Below are positions 39,870-54,800 of a DNA stretch of 64,000 nucleotides, piece after piece (positions within the stretch are counted from its first letter, which is position 1; every line of letters starts with the position of its first letter). The DNA lies in the NCBI GenBank assembly GCA_012026655.1, contig JAAILG010001588.1:1-64000 (forward strand), read 5' to 3'. Position numbers and translations under genes: made by a program. Origin of the DNA: Hydrolagus affinis (Eukaryota). The notes beneath the pieces were generated by a model, which saw only the letters and a program-made list of their open reading frames with translations, was not told the DNA's origin and searched no databases.

Positions 39870-40530
39870 TTCGTATCCAGAGGATGCCTCAAAGCATTTC
39901 ACAGAATGATTGTAAAGTGTGGTGTTATGCAGTTTTAGATGTATTTCGTACATTGGCAGTCAATGTAGTGCACAGAAGTGTACCACCACAACAACAACAA
40001 AATTACATTTGTGTAGTGCCTTTCATGTCAGGAGGATGTCCCATGGCGCTGGACAGTTATTGATTCAGATCCGAGCTGAGTTCGGGGAGGGGGGGGGTTG
40101 TGGGTGGGGGGAGGAGTTGACGATGGATTCATCGAAGAGGAATCTTGAAGCAAGACTTGAAGGAGGCTAGGGAGGGGGCGAGGCAGAGGCACTTCAGGAT
40201 GGAGTTCCAGAGGTTGGGGGCAGAGTGGCTTAAGGCTCGCCCACCAATGGTTGGGTGGTTGGGTCGGGGGACGTGGAGCAGGCCAGAGCCTGCCGAACGG
40301 AGGTTGGTAAGGGGATAGGTCACAGATGTAGGGTGGGGCGAGGTCGTGGAGGGCTTTAAACAGGGATGAAGTGAGTGACTAATTATATCTGGGGAATTGT
40401 TGACCAGAAGAAACTCCCTTCTATTTTAAAACAATTTCATGGGATATTTAACTTTCACCTCAACAGGCAGTATCTTAGTTTAAAGATTCATCCAACAGTC
40501 TAATGCTGCTTTCCTCCCACAGTGCTCCCC
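39870..40530 (-). mobile_element. Ancient Deu-domain SINE relic split by a younger L2 3' end (39988-40361, minus)
   Basis: Deu-SINE-like blocks on both sides (caaagcatttcacagaatga...gtgcacagaag; aactcccttct...catgggatat...ttcacct...catcc). The insert is collinear with L2 16549-16968. Confidence 0.65.
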
Positions 40531-41300
40531 AAGCACTGGGTTACAGTTTGAACACATTGCATTGACATCCATAATAGGGAATGGGTCAAAGAAGACATTT
40601 CCAGTATCTGTATTTACTATAAGTACAGTACTGTATACTGTTTAAGTTGGGATTTGTAATTAACAAATCAAGGCAGTGATATAAATTGTTTATCACTGTT
40701 CCAAATGTTTTGAAGTACAGTATTTGGCTTTAAAGGTTAGCAAAACGTTAAAAAATTGTAATGATTGACGATTTGTTTCTGTTGGAAATATGTATTTGAT
40801 TTGTTAAACAACCAAAGTTAATTAAGCAGTGTTTTTTGTAATTAAAAAAAGATTATGGCATGAAGAACTGAACACATATCTAAATAATGTAATGTCTGTA
40901 AATTCTAAAAGCTATACTGGTTAAAAGTAAGTAACTTCTGTTTGCAGAATTTTCACTTTCATAGAGATTTTTTGTTCCACACCCAGGTAAATACAACAAA
41001 ATTAGTCCTATTTGGAACAGTAAAGGGTGTCAAACTGTGTGTTTTTGATGAACTCTTTTATTTGTCCGAGCTTCTGTGTGTATTTTAAGAAAGATAAATA
41101 TGGAAAATGACATTGAGAGTAGGCTGCATATCATTACTTGTGGAAAAGATGACTAATGGGTTTAGTCAGTTTGCAATACATGATCTCATTCAACCTTTGT
41201 TAATAACACATGAGTCCTGACTGTATTTAGCTTTGATTTGATTAATCTGGATACCAAATGTTTCACATTTGAATAACCTTGAATCTGCACAAGTTTTATT

Positions 41301-41595
41301 TAATAATAGTACTTGCATTTGATATAGCGCTTTTCATGATGAGACGTCTCAAAGAGCTTCACTGAATATATTGTAAAGGGAATTGATTGTATTTTTGTGA
41401 GATAAACACGGCAGCCAATTGCGCACAACAGTGTACCACAAACAGTCGTGGATTGAGTTATATAATTAGCATTGTATTTTTGTTTTGTTTTTCTTGAGGG
41501 ATTATTATCAGGCATGTGTAGTAAGGAAATTTGCCCAAGATATCACCCGGCTGAGAATCAAACCCAGGTCTCTCGCCTGCGAGACAAGTGTTCTC
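41301..41595 (-). mobile_element. tRNA-derived SINE, slightly 5' truncated
   Basis: Family match. Confidence 0.88.
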
Positions 41596-42616
41596 ATTTT
41601 CGTTTTTTAAATCTCTATTTCAAGCAATAAGTGTCGAAAACAATTCTAACGGAAGAAGGACGTTAAGAGAATTTGGATTTGGAATGTGTTAGCTCTGATG
41701 GTCAATTTCATACAAATCACCATTGTTGCCTGAAGGGCAAATATTTAAATTACTTCTGGGTAATGAATGCTTACTTTTCATTAAATGGAACATTAACTGC
41801 TTACCAAAAGTATGCATAAATATTGCTGTGCACTCTTTATACTCAATTTTGTAAAATATAACCATGTATGATTCAATCTGATTATACAAACATTTTGCTG
41901 CGTATGCACCAGATTTTCATCATGTTATTGTGGAACAAGGCATGAAGCTTTTTTAAGTGCGTTATGAAGTGTTTTTGATGACCATTACTTAAGGGCTCGT
42001 GGCTGTTCCAAATTCTTTTATCTTTACATCCCTTTGCTTGTCACCTGGAAGATGGGAATTTGAGATTCCGAGTTAAGTGTTACAGAAATAATGAAAGCCA
42101 GTCTTCCACTTAAACACTGGTTAATCCTAAACCTCATCATGTCCCAGCCTGTGACCCATAGCCGTGCTCCTATCATCACCATCTACATCAGATACCAAAC
42201 GCCCATTAAACCCACCAAGTTGTTTCTCATTTTGTCAGTCGTATTTAGCGCTATTGAGGCATGAACGCCAAATTCCATTAGTGTTTTACAAAGTGCACTG
42301 GGTATAAGGTAATGTAAATTAAGAGTAACTCGTTGTTAAGAATGTTTGTGTGTATTCCACAAACTCGGGTCACTAAAATAAAGTATTGGAAATAAGTAAA
42401 GTAAAAAGTAATTTGTCAAAAGCACTTACCCAAGACCATTTCCTAAGGTGAAGCTAGCAAATAATGCCCTTAGACTGAGGCCTGGAGTGATCTAATCTCC
42501 ACTTGCTTTGAAGTCTGCATTGCCATCTAGGATGTGCATAAGAAGTCCTCAATTACTCACATCATACACAATGTGTGGAGCCAAATTCAATGCAATCTAC
42601 TTTTCTGATCATGGGG

Positions 42617-42815
42617 GATAATCCCTTAAAAAATAAACAATAATATTGTAGACATTTCATTCCCCGACTGTTTGTGGGACACTACAGTGCGCAATTGGCT
42701 GCCGCATTTCACCCACAAATGTAATCAATTCACTTTACAGTATATTCTGTGAAGCGCTTTGAGACGTCTAGAAGACGTGAAAAGCACTATATCAAATGCA
42801 AGGATTATTATTATT
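42617..42815 (+). mobile_element. SINE 3' half
   Basis: Family match. Confidence 0.85.
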
Positions 42816-42997
42816 AAAAATTTATTCTAGAGAATCATTGGACCTTGTGTGCATGAGGAAAACCATGGTGCCAGGAGCTTGACCTGAGTGGTCAAGTTGC
42901 ACCTAAATGGTGCAAGTTCTTTTTAAAATTTGAATTTGTTTTCACTTGAATTTAATTGAATAAATGTACCTTCCATAAATTATTTGGCATATATACC

Positions 42998-43188
42998 TTT
43001 ATTTTACAGTAACATAGCAGAAGACATGATCAAATATTTTTAAACATTTACAACAAATTTCTTTACAACAATTATCTGAAAAATAAAAAAATGACTTGAA
43101 TGGAATATAGACCTATTAAATAGGCACAGACAGCTTTTGCTTACAAACGTTAAAGTACAACCAGCAATACAGACTTTGTTCCTTTATT
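42998..43188 (-). terminator. Candidate TGFBR3 polyadenylation signals (AATAAA on minus at 43183-43188 and 42998-43003)
   Basis: Hexamers about 2.5-2.7 kb downstream of the stop, at the end of a repeat-poor AT-rich 3' UTR. Confidence 0.4.
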
Positions 43189-44042
43189 AAAACAGTGAGG
43201 TAGGTATATTTGAAAGATATAGCTGAACAAAGTATTAGGACAGAACATTTACAATCTTAATTATGTTTCTGAAACAACAAAAGCTACAGAAGGTATATAA
43301 CCCCTGCAATTAAAAATACAGAGCTGCCAATGTCCCCAATACATCACCAGGCTGAAACCTAGCATATGTTTAAAGTAATTCAATTGGTTCAGCAAATATT
43401 CTTACCAACGCAATGGGTTGAATCACTAGAATCCTTGAGTCAATGTCAAAGTGAGAAAGCACACAAGACAAAAAGATGTTGTAGTTCATTACATTCTATG
43501 ATTTTGTTTATACATCAGCATGCTGTTTGGGTAATGTATTTTTTAAACATTCTAAGACACCAAATTTTGTACATGCAACATGAAAGTACACAAATCTACA
43601 CTTTTAAGAAGGCACCAGAAAAAAAAATCCCTTTTAAAAGCAGTTAGCCTCCCTCTAAAATATTACAATATTTTGTTGGGTAAATATTAGATGCATCGTG
43701 TTTTGAGGTACTTCCAAATTATGTTATGAAAATTGAATATTTCTAGAATTTTTCACAACCAATGAATAAACAAGATCTGATGCTGAAACTTGCCTTCAAC
43801 ACGCCTGTCTTACATGAAGAATCTCATATCAACTCAACAAAAGAGGGATGGCTGCAGCTTCCAAAAGTAGTCAGCAGGACATGGCAGATGATAGTTTATT
43901 TGAAAGGTTTTAATTTTTTTGGAGAAAAGGGAGAACAATAATGTTTTAAAAGATTGTGATTGTTAATTTACAGCACATTAAATAGAATAGTGTCTAATGT
44001 AGATTTAACAAAGAGTGTAGTACATTAGTGAAGGGGAAATGA

Positions 44043-44148
44043 ATAATAATAATCCTAGCATTTGACATAGCACCTTATCACGTCTTCTAGACGCATCAAA
44101 GCGCTTCACAGAATAACTGGAAACTTAATTGTATATTTTGTGGGCGAA
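44043..44148 (-). mobile_element. SINE tail inside the TGFBR3 3' UTR
   Basis: Family tail match. Confidence 0.75.
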
Positions 44149-45696
44149 ATTAAAACAGGACATTAAACTGCTCATTGGAACCGCTCAATATACACATTGC
44201 TAAGAAATGTACTGTGAAAGGAAACAAGGATTAGTTAACAAGAGATTCCGCTTCTGTTTAATTTAGTGTCTCAACTTGCCACATGTGTTTTTTTTTTTGG
44301 TGTTTTTGCATCACAGACGATTGATATTTGTTCAAAATGTCATAACATTGTTTTTAATTTCTTTGGAACCATATCTACCTATAATTTGAAACTTTACATT
44401 CAGTTATTTGTCTTGCAGCAGTTTATGTATATTTATTTGGTACAATATGGTTGTCACTTTTAATCAAATTAAAATAAAAAATGCCTCCCTTCTCCTAAGT
44501 CATAATGATAAGTGCCCCATTCAGATTTCTTTTAATAACTATTATTTTGATTAATCAAATCAATATTAAACAACCAAAAAGTATTTCCTGGGGAATTTGT
44601 AAGAACTGGTAGCAAGATAGAAAAATACATTATAAAATTCCTTTTTTTAAAAAATTCACAGTTAGCAAAATTCATACATTTGTTAGAAATGAATTTCATT
44701 TAAGTAAATAGCTTTAACATTGGTGATTCTTACACAATTCAATATACAGTGAAAATATAGCTATGTTACTAAAATACTCTGTACTGTTCTCTGGAGCGTT
44801 CTATAGATATTTATACACAAGAAATACAAGTAGGTTATTAATTTTGATGTAAAATACATTCAGCTGTATACCATGCAGTAAGCAATACCATGAAGAACAC
44901 AATTTGCAGAAAAGCACAATAATAGAACATTCAGGATATTTGATGACTGAGACAGTTTGTCTTGAAAAATACATATATTAAAAAGTACTCAGACTGATTC
45001 AAAGCCTTGTTTTTTTAAAAAAAACTAGAAAAAGATTAATGAATGCTGCCAAATATTTGCAAAAGTCAACATGTCGTATTTTTGAAAAACACCTGTCCAA
45101 GTCATTGACAAAAAAATTGACCTACATTTTCAATTGTTAGAATTTTCCTCAAAAGTGTAGCTGATCAAATTTACAGTATTACAAATTTTGTAACAAGATA
45201 TTTCACAAAATTAGTATGAATGGGGACCCTAACTGATGCATGTTTTTCTGGTATCCATAAAATAATCTTTTTATATATATCTGCTCTCTGATCAGTTTGT
45301 TTTTAAACTTTAAAATTTGAACAGCTTCCCACGGTATACAGCACGTTTCCCCTATGTACATACATTTCAGAAAAGTAGGAAATGGCTGTATTGTAGCAAT
45401 AAAGCAGCAAAGAAAAATATCTGGTACAAATTTCACATAAGGAACTCATAAATGGTTAGCAAGTTCCTAGCGCAGGGTAATTAGTAGTTTTGTCACATAT
45501 GCTGTTGTGTGCTTGAGAAAAAGTTGGTTTCCCTAAAGTATATAGCAACTTAGGTGATTTGTATTTTAAAAGCATGTCCCAGGTCTCGAGGGCAAACGAG
45601 AATCTTCTTTTTATCCTCAGAGCACAAACATTTAACAATTAGGCATGTTGAACCTTGCCCTTATATTCCACTTCCTCCAAGTTATTTCCCCCAGGG

Positions 45697-45815
45697 TTAG
45701 GCAGTACTGCTGCTGGAACAGGGAGTGCTTTGTGTGCTCCCAATGCTGTGTGCAGTGCTGCTGTTTTCTGATGCTGGGGGAGATGTGGGGACTGGCTGCC
45801 TCCCCACTGTTTCAC
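45697..45815 (-). CDS. TGFBR3: TGFBR3 last coding exon ([38 protein letters not shown])
   Basis: Conserved cytoplasmic tail with PDZ-binding STA, TAA stop. Confidence 0.97.
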
Positions 45816-48800
45816 CTGGAGAAGGTTAGAAGGCAAACAATTAGTCAAAATGTTAAACGTTTCTAAAGACCCACGTCATTTCAATCCTACAGAAATGTAA
45901 CTACCATTAGATATTTTTTGTACCTGGAAAGATGAACACATTCAATAAAGACATTGATATTCTTCAAAAAATAATATTTTGTTATGATTTAGAGTAATTA
46001 ATCCTCAAAATGTGAAATGGAATTTAGGCAAAGCTTGATGTTCTCTATTATCCAAAAGCTCTTCAACTTCATAACACATACCCAAAACTTCTTCAACGTA
46101 TTATTACAAATATATAAACAGATAATAATAATCCTTGCTTTTGATAAAGCACTTGTCATGTCTTCTAGACATCCTCAAAGCGCTTCACAGAATATATTGT
46201 AAAGTGAATTGACTGTACATTTGTGGACGAAACACTGCAGCCAATTGAGCACAGCAGTTCCCACAAACAGCCATGGATTGAAATGATCAATTTATTATTG
46301 TTTTTTTGAGGGATTATTATCAGGTGTGCCCATTATCAGAAAAGGAAATTGCATTGAATTTTGCTCCATGTTAAAACTTGTGAGAGTGCTCCTTATGGTA
46401 AATCTCATCTTAATGTTAGACTCCCCATATGGTGAATTTTTTTTTGAGGGATTATTATTAGGTGTGTAGAGTAAGGAAACTTGCCTAAGTTTCACCCTGC
46501 CTGGAACTGAATCCAGGTCCCTCGCTTGTAAGGCGAGTGCTCTACCCACTGAGCTACAGGACTCCGCATAATAGATATAATTATTCAAAAGCCACAGAGT
46601 ACTGTTTTGTTGATTCAACAAATGGAGGTGCTTTTATCAGAGCTCCCTTTTCAAGGCCCCTCAGTTCTTGGAATCTTTGCCAAGAAAGGAGGTTGTCCCA
46701 GATTCATGCAAGACGTCAGAGCAGGCCATGATCCACTACTCATATCCCAGGTTGGTAACTTAATCTACATTCAACCACTTCCCAAACCACTCTGTGGTTA
46801 ACAAAAAACGTACTGCTAAAAACTTTAGCCGTCCTTTTAGTTCATGGTTTCAGTGGCTGAGGAAATAATTTTACCATTTAATAACAAACCAACAATAAAA
46901 TTACATTTACAAAGCACCTTTCACGTCGGGAGGACATCCCAAGGCGCTGAGTAAGTAATTACTGAATAGGTAATACAGTTTGTCAATATCAGAGTATTGA
47001 CATCAAAGTTTTCAAAAACAAAGTATGGAAATACATTAGTTTAAAACTCAATCAGTCCTGAACATGTTTGTTTAGCGGACTCCAAGTGACAGGGAAAAGA
47101 GACAGATGAGGGTGGACTGTATAAAAATAACCTGTATTGTTTAAGATTGAAATAAATTCAACTCCTAGCAATAAACCAACTGTTTCCTATCACTACTTGA
47201 CTGAGGCACATGCTTAAATATTACAGGGAAAACTGCCAGCACAACTCCTGTTGCAGGAAATCTGACTGATATATTTTTCCATCTTTAAAAATCTGATTTG
47301 ATTTTACTATGACCTGGATTCAGATTCAGCACAAGTTGCGGGGGGGAACTGTGGAATCTGAGAAGGCCACTAAGACTTACAAAGAGCATGATAGCATATG
47401 CATATGGGCTGATTTTATTTGATGAATGTCAAAAGTCAATACACATAAATACAGAATCTGCATTTAAGAAGTAAAAATAGGAGGCGTATATACTCCATGG
47501 ATGGGATATACTTGTCAAAGGGCTAAGCTGAAAAAAACCATGTTATAACAGTGTACAATTAATAAGGCAGAGAGGTTGCTGAGGTACATGGTCAAATTAG
47601 TTGTTCAGATTCCCAGAAGTCACACCAGCTGTACAGTGCTGTGGTCTGGTTGCACCTGGACTTCTACATATAGTTCTGATTGCCGTAACAGAAAGGGGCT
47701 ATCAAGGATCTAGTTCAGAGGAAAGCTACGAGGAAGATCTTGTCTCATTATGGAGCTGCATAAGGTTTTAAATGGATTTGCTCAAATAGTAACAAGCTGA
47801 ATTAGGATTGCAAAGGGCAATTTCAGGACAAACACCAGGAAGTAATTCTTTACTCAGAGGGTAATTAGCAACTGGAATAGATTCCCAGAAAGGGAAGTTG
47901 AAGCCAAGAAGTTGAGATGATTTAAAAATGAGTTTGTCATGGGACGACAAAGGTGGGTGTTCAGGATGGATGAGATCAAATGGGCCAAAGGACTTCCTGC
48001 ATCCAAACCTCCTTTGTGATTTTGTGAATAAGGCAGTCCATTCTCTGATTTTTATGGGTCAAATGGATCCCAAAGTTCCCTCTCCCACTCACTGAAGCTC
48101 AATGAGGCTGCTTTGGTAAATGGACAATTCCTTACAATCAGTAATGTCATCAGCGCAGCTTTGGAATAGAGACCGACAGTCCAAACAGAAAAGTGAGTGT
48201 TTTGCATTACAAATAATGATAAACTTTCCTTGTAAAAACCCTTCCACCTTAGGGAAAATTTGAACTGACAGGAGTCTCTGGATTTTTCACTCACTTTAAT
48301 CATTGTTTTATAAATTATTATGCAGCCAATAGATGGAAAAGGGTGAAACTATCCACAGTATCAAGAAGTTGAAGGTGAGTCCTAGAAACTTTACAGGAAT
48401 GCTGCATTTTGTTGAATTTTTCCAAAGACTATGTTCAATCCAACTGCATTAGTGAGTGCAATATTTTTGCTATTTTGAGCCACCATCACTCACACACAGC
48501 TTTAATACCCAAACATGACGTACCACATATTTTTCTCCCGGTGCAGTTTTATGGCTAACACTTCCCGGGGACCTTCAAAAATTGTTTCTGACTTAAACCC
48601 GTGCAGCTGTTTTGAAAAACGAGTGTCAAGAGAGATGTTGCAGGTCATAACTCTTGAATAAATACCTTAATTTTTTTGCACACTAAAGACAGAGTATGGA
48701 TTTTCCTCTTGAGGTTTGCAACTACTAGGTCAAAAATATGACTTTCCAGCTGCTCAATCATTTCTTTACAAATTAATGAACAGTTAGGAAGCGTTCATAT

Positions 48801-51800
48801 GTGGGCCTATTTCACAATAACTGTAATTAGTATCTTATGGTCCTATCTAACACAAGTTTAGGTCAATAACATTTTTATTATGGACTATGTTGTTGGTTTG
48901 TAAATGCATTGGGGGGTGGGGGGAAGCAAAAGGCAAATTACAAAAATGTTTATTTTGAAACTTTATCCTTGCTTGTGTATGATTATTTTCTACAATACTG
49001 ATGTTCTGGTATTGATGCCAATCTCTCAGTTAATTAATGCCAGGCAAGGCCAACATAAAAATGCCTTGGGTCTGCTCCTTGAATATCTACATTTATGTGC
49101 TGGTACACGTTAGTGAACTGTATACAGAAAGACTTTGGGGATATGTTTATTTAGACTTTTTATTTGATTATTTTTATCAACACTTATCTTAAGGCTGCTT
49201 GAGGCTGCCTTTCAATGAATAGACAGGCTGATCAGTTAGACCATTTTTTGCAAAACACCAATTGCATTTTGATGATTTTGACTATATAAAAGGAGGAACC
49301 ACTTTGATCAGGGTGAGCTGGATAATAATAATTTTCCCTTCCTTGAAGACTGAACATCTGCGCTATCATATTCCCCAAGACAGAAACCCATTATAAGCCA
49401 AAAGTTGTAGTTCATAAAATCGTAACCCACCAGAAAACATTCAGAAAGCCACCTAGTTTCCCGCATTTAAATGTAATTTACAGCTCGTTGGTGGTGGTGG
49501 TGATGGTATGACAAGGTCCAAGCTCTCACTTTACAACATATTCCTTAAAGGATAGTTTACTGTCTCCAAGTGCTTTCATCTTAAACCTTTCTAGCTTCGT
49601 TCAACATTTCCACTTCCCTCCTTCCCCTCAAAATCAAAATAACTATTTTCTGTAAGCACAATTTGGATGAGCAGGTTTAGTTAGATATACCTGACATACC
49701 TGTGTGCGAGTAAATGTACCACAAAGCTCCTGTCAACAGGGCACCAATCACAAATGCTGCAAAAGCAATTCCCACAACTGTTGGAGTATCCAGGCCATAT
49801 ACGATATCTGCAATATAAATAAAATTATGCCATTATATAAATGTTTCAAATGTACATATATTGCCATGCTCGAAAAAGTGTAATTTGAGCATAGCTTCTA
49901 AAATTGTTGTCAAAGCAGAGTAATGCAACATATAGGAACCAGTTACTGTGTGATCCAATTGAATTACCTTTAATTTTTTTACAGTATTGAATATTTCACT
50001 TAATACTTTTCATCTTTAGATACACAGGCTATTTACCGGGACGCAAAATAAAATTTATATTTTGAGTACCTCATTTGGTACTCTTATCTAGATCACTTTA
50101 CATACTTTCCTTATGTAATAGAGAAATTCAAACTCAAATTCAGAAATTCACAATTTTAACATGTTGCCAAATTAGTTTTAAATATCATTCACAATAATCA
50201 TGAACACTTTTAAGCGTGATCATCAACAGACAGAGGCTAAAAAACTAGAATAGGCAAAGCACAGAAAAAATGTGTTTTGTGAATCTATTATCAGATGGGT
50301 TATATTATTTAGACACTGTTTCTAATTTCCTTTGTTATCAATAATGCTTTTCATGACTAACTTTGTCTGACAGGGAACTATGACTAATGAATGATAAAAG
50401 GTAGCTTTTAACTTACACGGCTGTGGCTTCTCTGGATTCATACGTGTTTCTTCTGTTTGAATCAAACAAAAATACATATAAGCAGTCATACTACAATTTA
50501 TACAAGTCACACAAACAAAGCATCTCCTTTATGTGAAACATTTTAATTAATGAAGACAAACAATGCAACACACACACACACTTTATATACAGCTACAAAG
50601 TAGCAAAAGATGAATTATACGCATGATTTATCCACCTCTCTGCATGGGCAGAAATTCCATTATTTGGGAATAAGTGTGAATCAGGATATTGTAGCATATT
50701 CCACACACAGAGACCATAGATATGATCATACACTGATCATAATACTAAATTATTGTAACAAAGACCGATTGCTGAGTTAAATTTCCTCTGTACTGCATAA
50801 CCTTACCATCTGTGCACAGGCAGTTTATTTGCAAGAGTTCAGGTAATTGGTTTGCCTTTAGGTGCAGCTTCATTTCATGCTGCCTTTTAGTTTGATATCA
50901 TCAGGAAATGAATCAGTAAGATTCTCTGAACTCAATTCAGTTTTCCAACTACTCTAGATTTAAATATTTTGTTATGTGTAAATACTTCAAACCTATAACC
51001 TATATTCCAGGCAGGGTGAGACCTTGGGCAAGTTTCCTTACTCCATAGCCTGATAATAATCCCTCAAGAAACCCCCCCCAATAGTAAATTGGTGATTTCA
51101 AACTAATACTGCTTGTGGGACGCTGTTGTGTGCAATTGGCTGCCAGGTTTCGCACACAAATATACAGCCAATTCACTTTATAGTACATTCTTTACAGTGT
51201 AAAGCACTTTGAGACATCTAGAACACATGAAAAGCACTACAAAAAGGATTATTATGAATAATAATACAAAGTAAGTCACTCATCTGTTCAGCAGCTGAAT
51301 TTTGTTTCTTATGAGCTAGTTTGAATGAAAAATTTTTTGAATGCCTGGATTCCACTAATTATAATCACATGCACTGATGAATATATGATGCATTTCAACC
51401 TTCAAACGAAACCTACTTTGAATAATGCAGAGAAAATCATTTATATAACACTAGAAGAAAAAATTAACGTTACGAATTATGATGACATGCCAGAACAAGA
51501 AAGCGTGTCTGTTTTTGAAAACTTGCAACTATAATGCAGTCTTCAGATCAGTTTTGCCATTGGTAAAATTGCAATAAACAGAAAAGCAGTAAAAGTTTTG
51601 CTCTTACGTAACTCAATTATCTGTTTAAAATGCTTGAGCAGAGAATTGCTGGATATCACAGAACATTGTGATCTTAAAAAATTGGATTGCTCGGCATGAT
51701 TCCAGTACCAGACAAGGACAACATAACCTCTTCTCCAGATTTGACTCTGGATTTGTCCTCGACGTATTGAGCATCCAGTGAAAAAGCTCTGAAGTAAAAC

Positions 51801-54800
51801 TCACATAAGTCGTGTCAGTTATGACATTTAATAATGACTTATGTGGAGTTTGAGATAAAAGCAAGCTTGTAAAAGTTGTATAAATCTGATTTAATCAATC
51901 ATTTACACTGCACATGTTTAATTCAATGCAGTCTACGTTTCCAGTGGTTCAATGTGGCCAGCCAGTAAGTGAGCATGCATTGACATGTTAGGGTGTAATT
52001 TCCCGTAATTCAATGCAGTCAGTAAGTACTGGAGTATTGGAGGAAACGAAAGTGGCGTTACAAGTTAGATGATTTGTTTATAAAATATGACGAGTGCAAA
52101 TAACTCTCATTACTTTTGATCAGAAACTGAATGGGACTTGAATTCATGTCTACCTTAAGCAATGGTACAATTGATAAAGATAAGATTAAGCGAGTTTCAC
52201 TGTATTTAGTTAATGACCATGTAAAGCGATATATATAAAAAGATAATTGTCCTGCACAATTACATCATATCTCTGATTTTGTTGTTGGCTCACCTTGTGT
52301 GATCACTTTCCCAGGGATAACGGCCAATGGCTTGGTAAAAGACTGTTTGTTTCTCATCATAGCCATAATTGTTTGCAAATTCACACTGATACAAGCTTCA
52401 TCAGGAGGAATGCACTGCAGGAGGAGGCAAACAAATCAAGCAGGTCAAGGATGTGCAGGCTCACAGCTGCAGTGTCATTGTGTTATCAGCGTTGGTCAAG
52501 ACCAGTTACATTTTACTAAGCAGCTTGAATTGAAAACTTTATCACCCGATTAATGCTTCAACATTCCAATCTCCTGCTGTTTGAAGAGCATTGTTGGTTT
52601 CCAGATTTCTGTAGAGGGAGTGAATGCCATCTCACTCTCTCTCATTCACTCACTCATTGTACAAGATGGTTGCACAGTGAGTGAAATAGCAATGCAACCT
52701 CTCCATATTTTGATGATTTTGGAATGTGATTTAAAGAGAATATTACCTTTGTCTACCCCATGTTAAATATTGGGAGTTTTTCAATTATTGTGCCCAAGAG
52801 AGCAACATGTGGTCTCAATTGACTGTTAGTTCTGCTTTCAACGCAAATTTGTGATTTTGGGTAGCTCTTGAACCATCAGTACAAGGGTAGAGTCATGCTT
52901 CATTCAAGACACAAATTTACATTGTGCAGGTAATGAGGGTCATAACGTGAATTTTCAGATACATTTGGAAATTATTATAAGGATTTAAACAATTTTCTTT
53001 TAGTAGTGTTCTTGATGCAAACTACTAGACTTTGAGTTATCTTAACTACAGTACTAGATAAATGTTCCCTTGGGAGTCATGTAGCTCAGTGGTTAGAGCA
53101 CTCGCCTTACAAGCGAGAGACCTGGGTTCAATACCAGGTAGGGTGAAACCTTGGGTAAGTTTCCTTACTCGACATGCTGAATAATAATCCCTCAAAAATT
53201 TTTTTTTTTTTAATCATTTTAATCCACGATTGTCTGTGGGACACTGCTGTGTGGAATTGGCTGCTGTGTTTCGCCCACATATATACAGTCAATTTACTTT
53301 ACAGTATATTCTGTGAAGCGCTTTGAGACACCTAGAAGATGTGAATAGAGTTATATCAAATGGATTATTATATAACTTGATAGGTGTTCTGAATTCTTGA
53401 GAGTATTATTGAACATAGATAATCAGGGAGAAAACTATTCCAATGGTCTGTAAATAATTTTTTTTAAAAATTGGGTTAATGTTTAAGTAAATTTTCTTCA
53501 GATCTGATCATTTTATATTTGGTAATATAATTGCCACAGAATGCAATAACCGAACCTTAGGGAGGATGGAATGTCCTGCTCCATCAGCTTCTTTCTTGCT
53601 GCACAGAGTAATTTCACAGTGTAGAAAAACCAAGGGCATGCTGTAGATTGGTTTAAACACAAAGCTGAACCGTTTGTTTTCCATCTCTTCTTGAGCTACA
53701 AGGAAATCCATCTTCTGAGGGCTGTAGAATTTCACAGAATCTTCCTTTGGACAAATGTTTTCAATAATGATGTAACTGGAATCAGCATCAGGGTCTGATG
53801 TTGGAGAAATTGAGCAAGACTGGATAACAAAACTGATTTCTGGATCAGACTTTGTTATGGAAACCTAAATCCATACAGAGGGGAAACAAATTATTAAAGG
53901 TCTCATTATATTTTCTAAAGTACTGTACTATACTTTCAGATCTTCATGCTGTGCGAAAAGTACAAGTTGTTATATTTATATATTCATACACATATGTAAG
54001 CCAAATTAATGACTGGAGCAAGTTACTGGCGAAGATAGTCGAGGCCATGATACTGGATTCCCTTTTTTTAAAAAGATAAAGCAGCTTGATGCTGTGGTGG
54101 GAAGACTGTAGGGTATTCTGCAAGGAAGCAATGAAATGGGAGGTATATTAATAACTTTAGTGCAATGTTTTATTGGTATCAAATCTGGAGACAGTTATAC
54201 AGCAGGGGAAAGATTCTTGATATCTTGCATTCAAATATAGTGCACGAAGATACTCTCATGGGAACACAGTTTTAAAAAATATATTGCTTAAAGGTATATT
54301 ACAATTTTGTTATACCCAATACAATTTTCTCACAGCCTCAAAGGATTATTGTGGATATCAGGCATCTAGGAAAATTACATTTAATTTGACAACAAAAATT
54401 GGTATAAAGTGTATATTCTGTTCGTGGGGGATGGATTTGACTATAGTCTTTTTCTAATTTAATACTTGCAAATCAACAATTTACAAACAGCACCGGAAGT
54501 TGACGGTTACATGCTTATAAGAATGCCTTTGGTCTTAGCCACACAGTTACTTGTAGTTATCATCCCAACACTTTTCTCCTATAAATCAAACAAATATAAA
54601 CCACAAACCACCCCTCTGTCCACTTGGAATATTGGCAAAAATAAAAAGCTTGGCTAAAACCACAAAATATTTCAGCTAATTTCCAACTTTGCCAAAGTTT
54701 CTTACCTCAACAAATAATGGTCGATTTTCTGACACGGTGTGGACTCCTTGTGAGGCTGTGCGAAACAACTCTGTCGTGTATAGATCCATACTCAAAGTCG

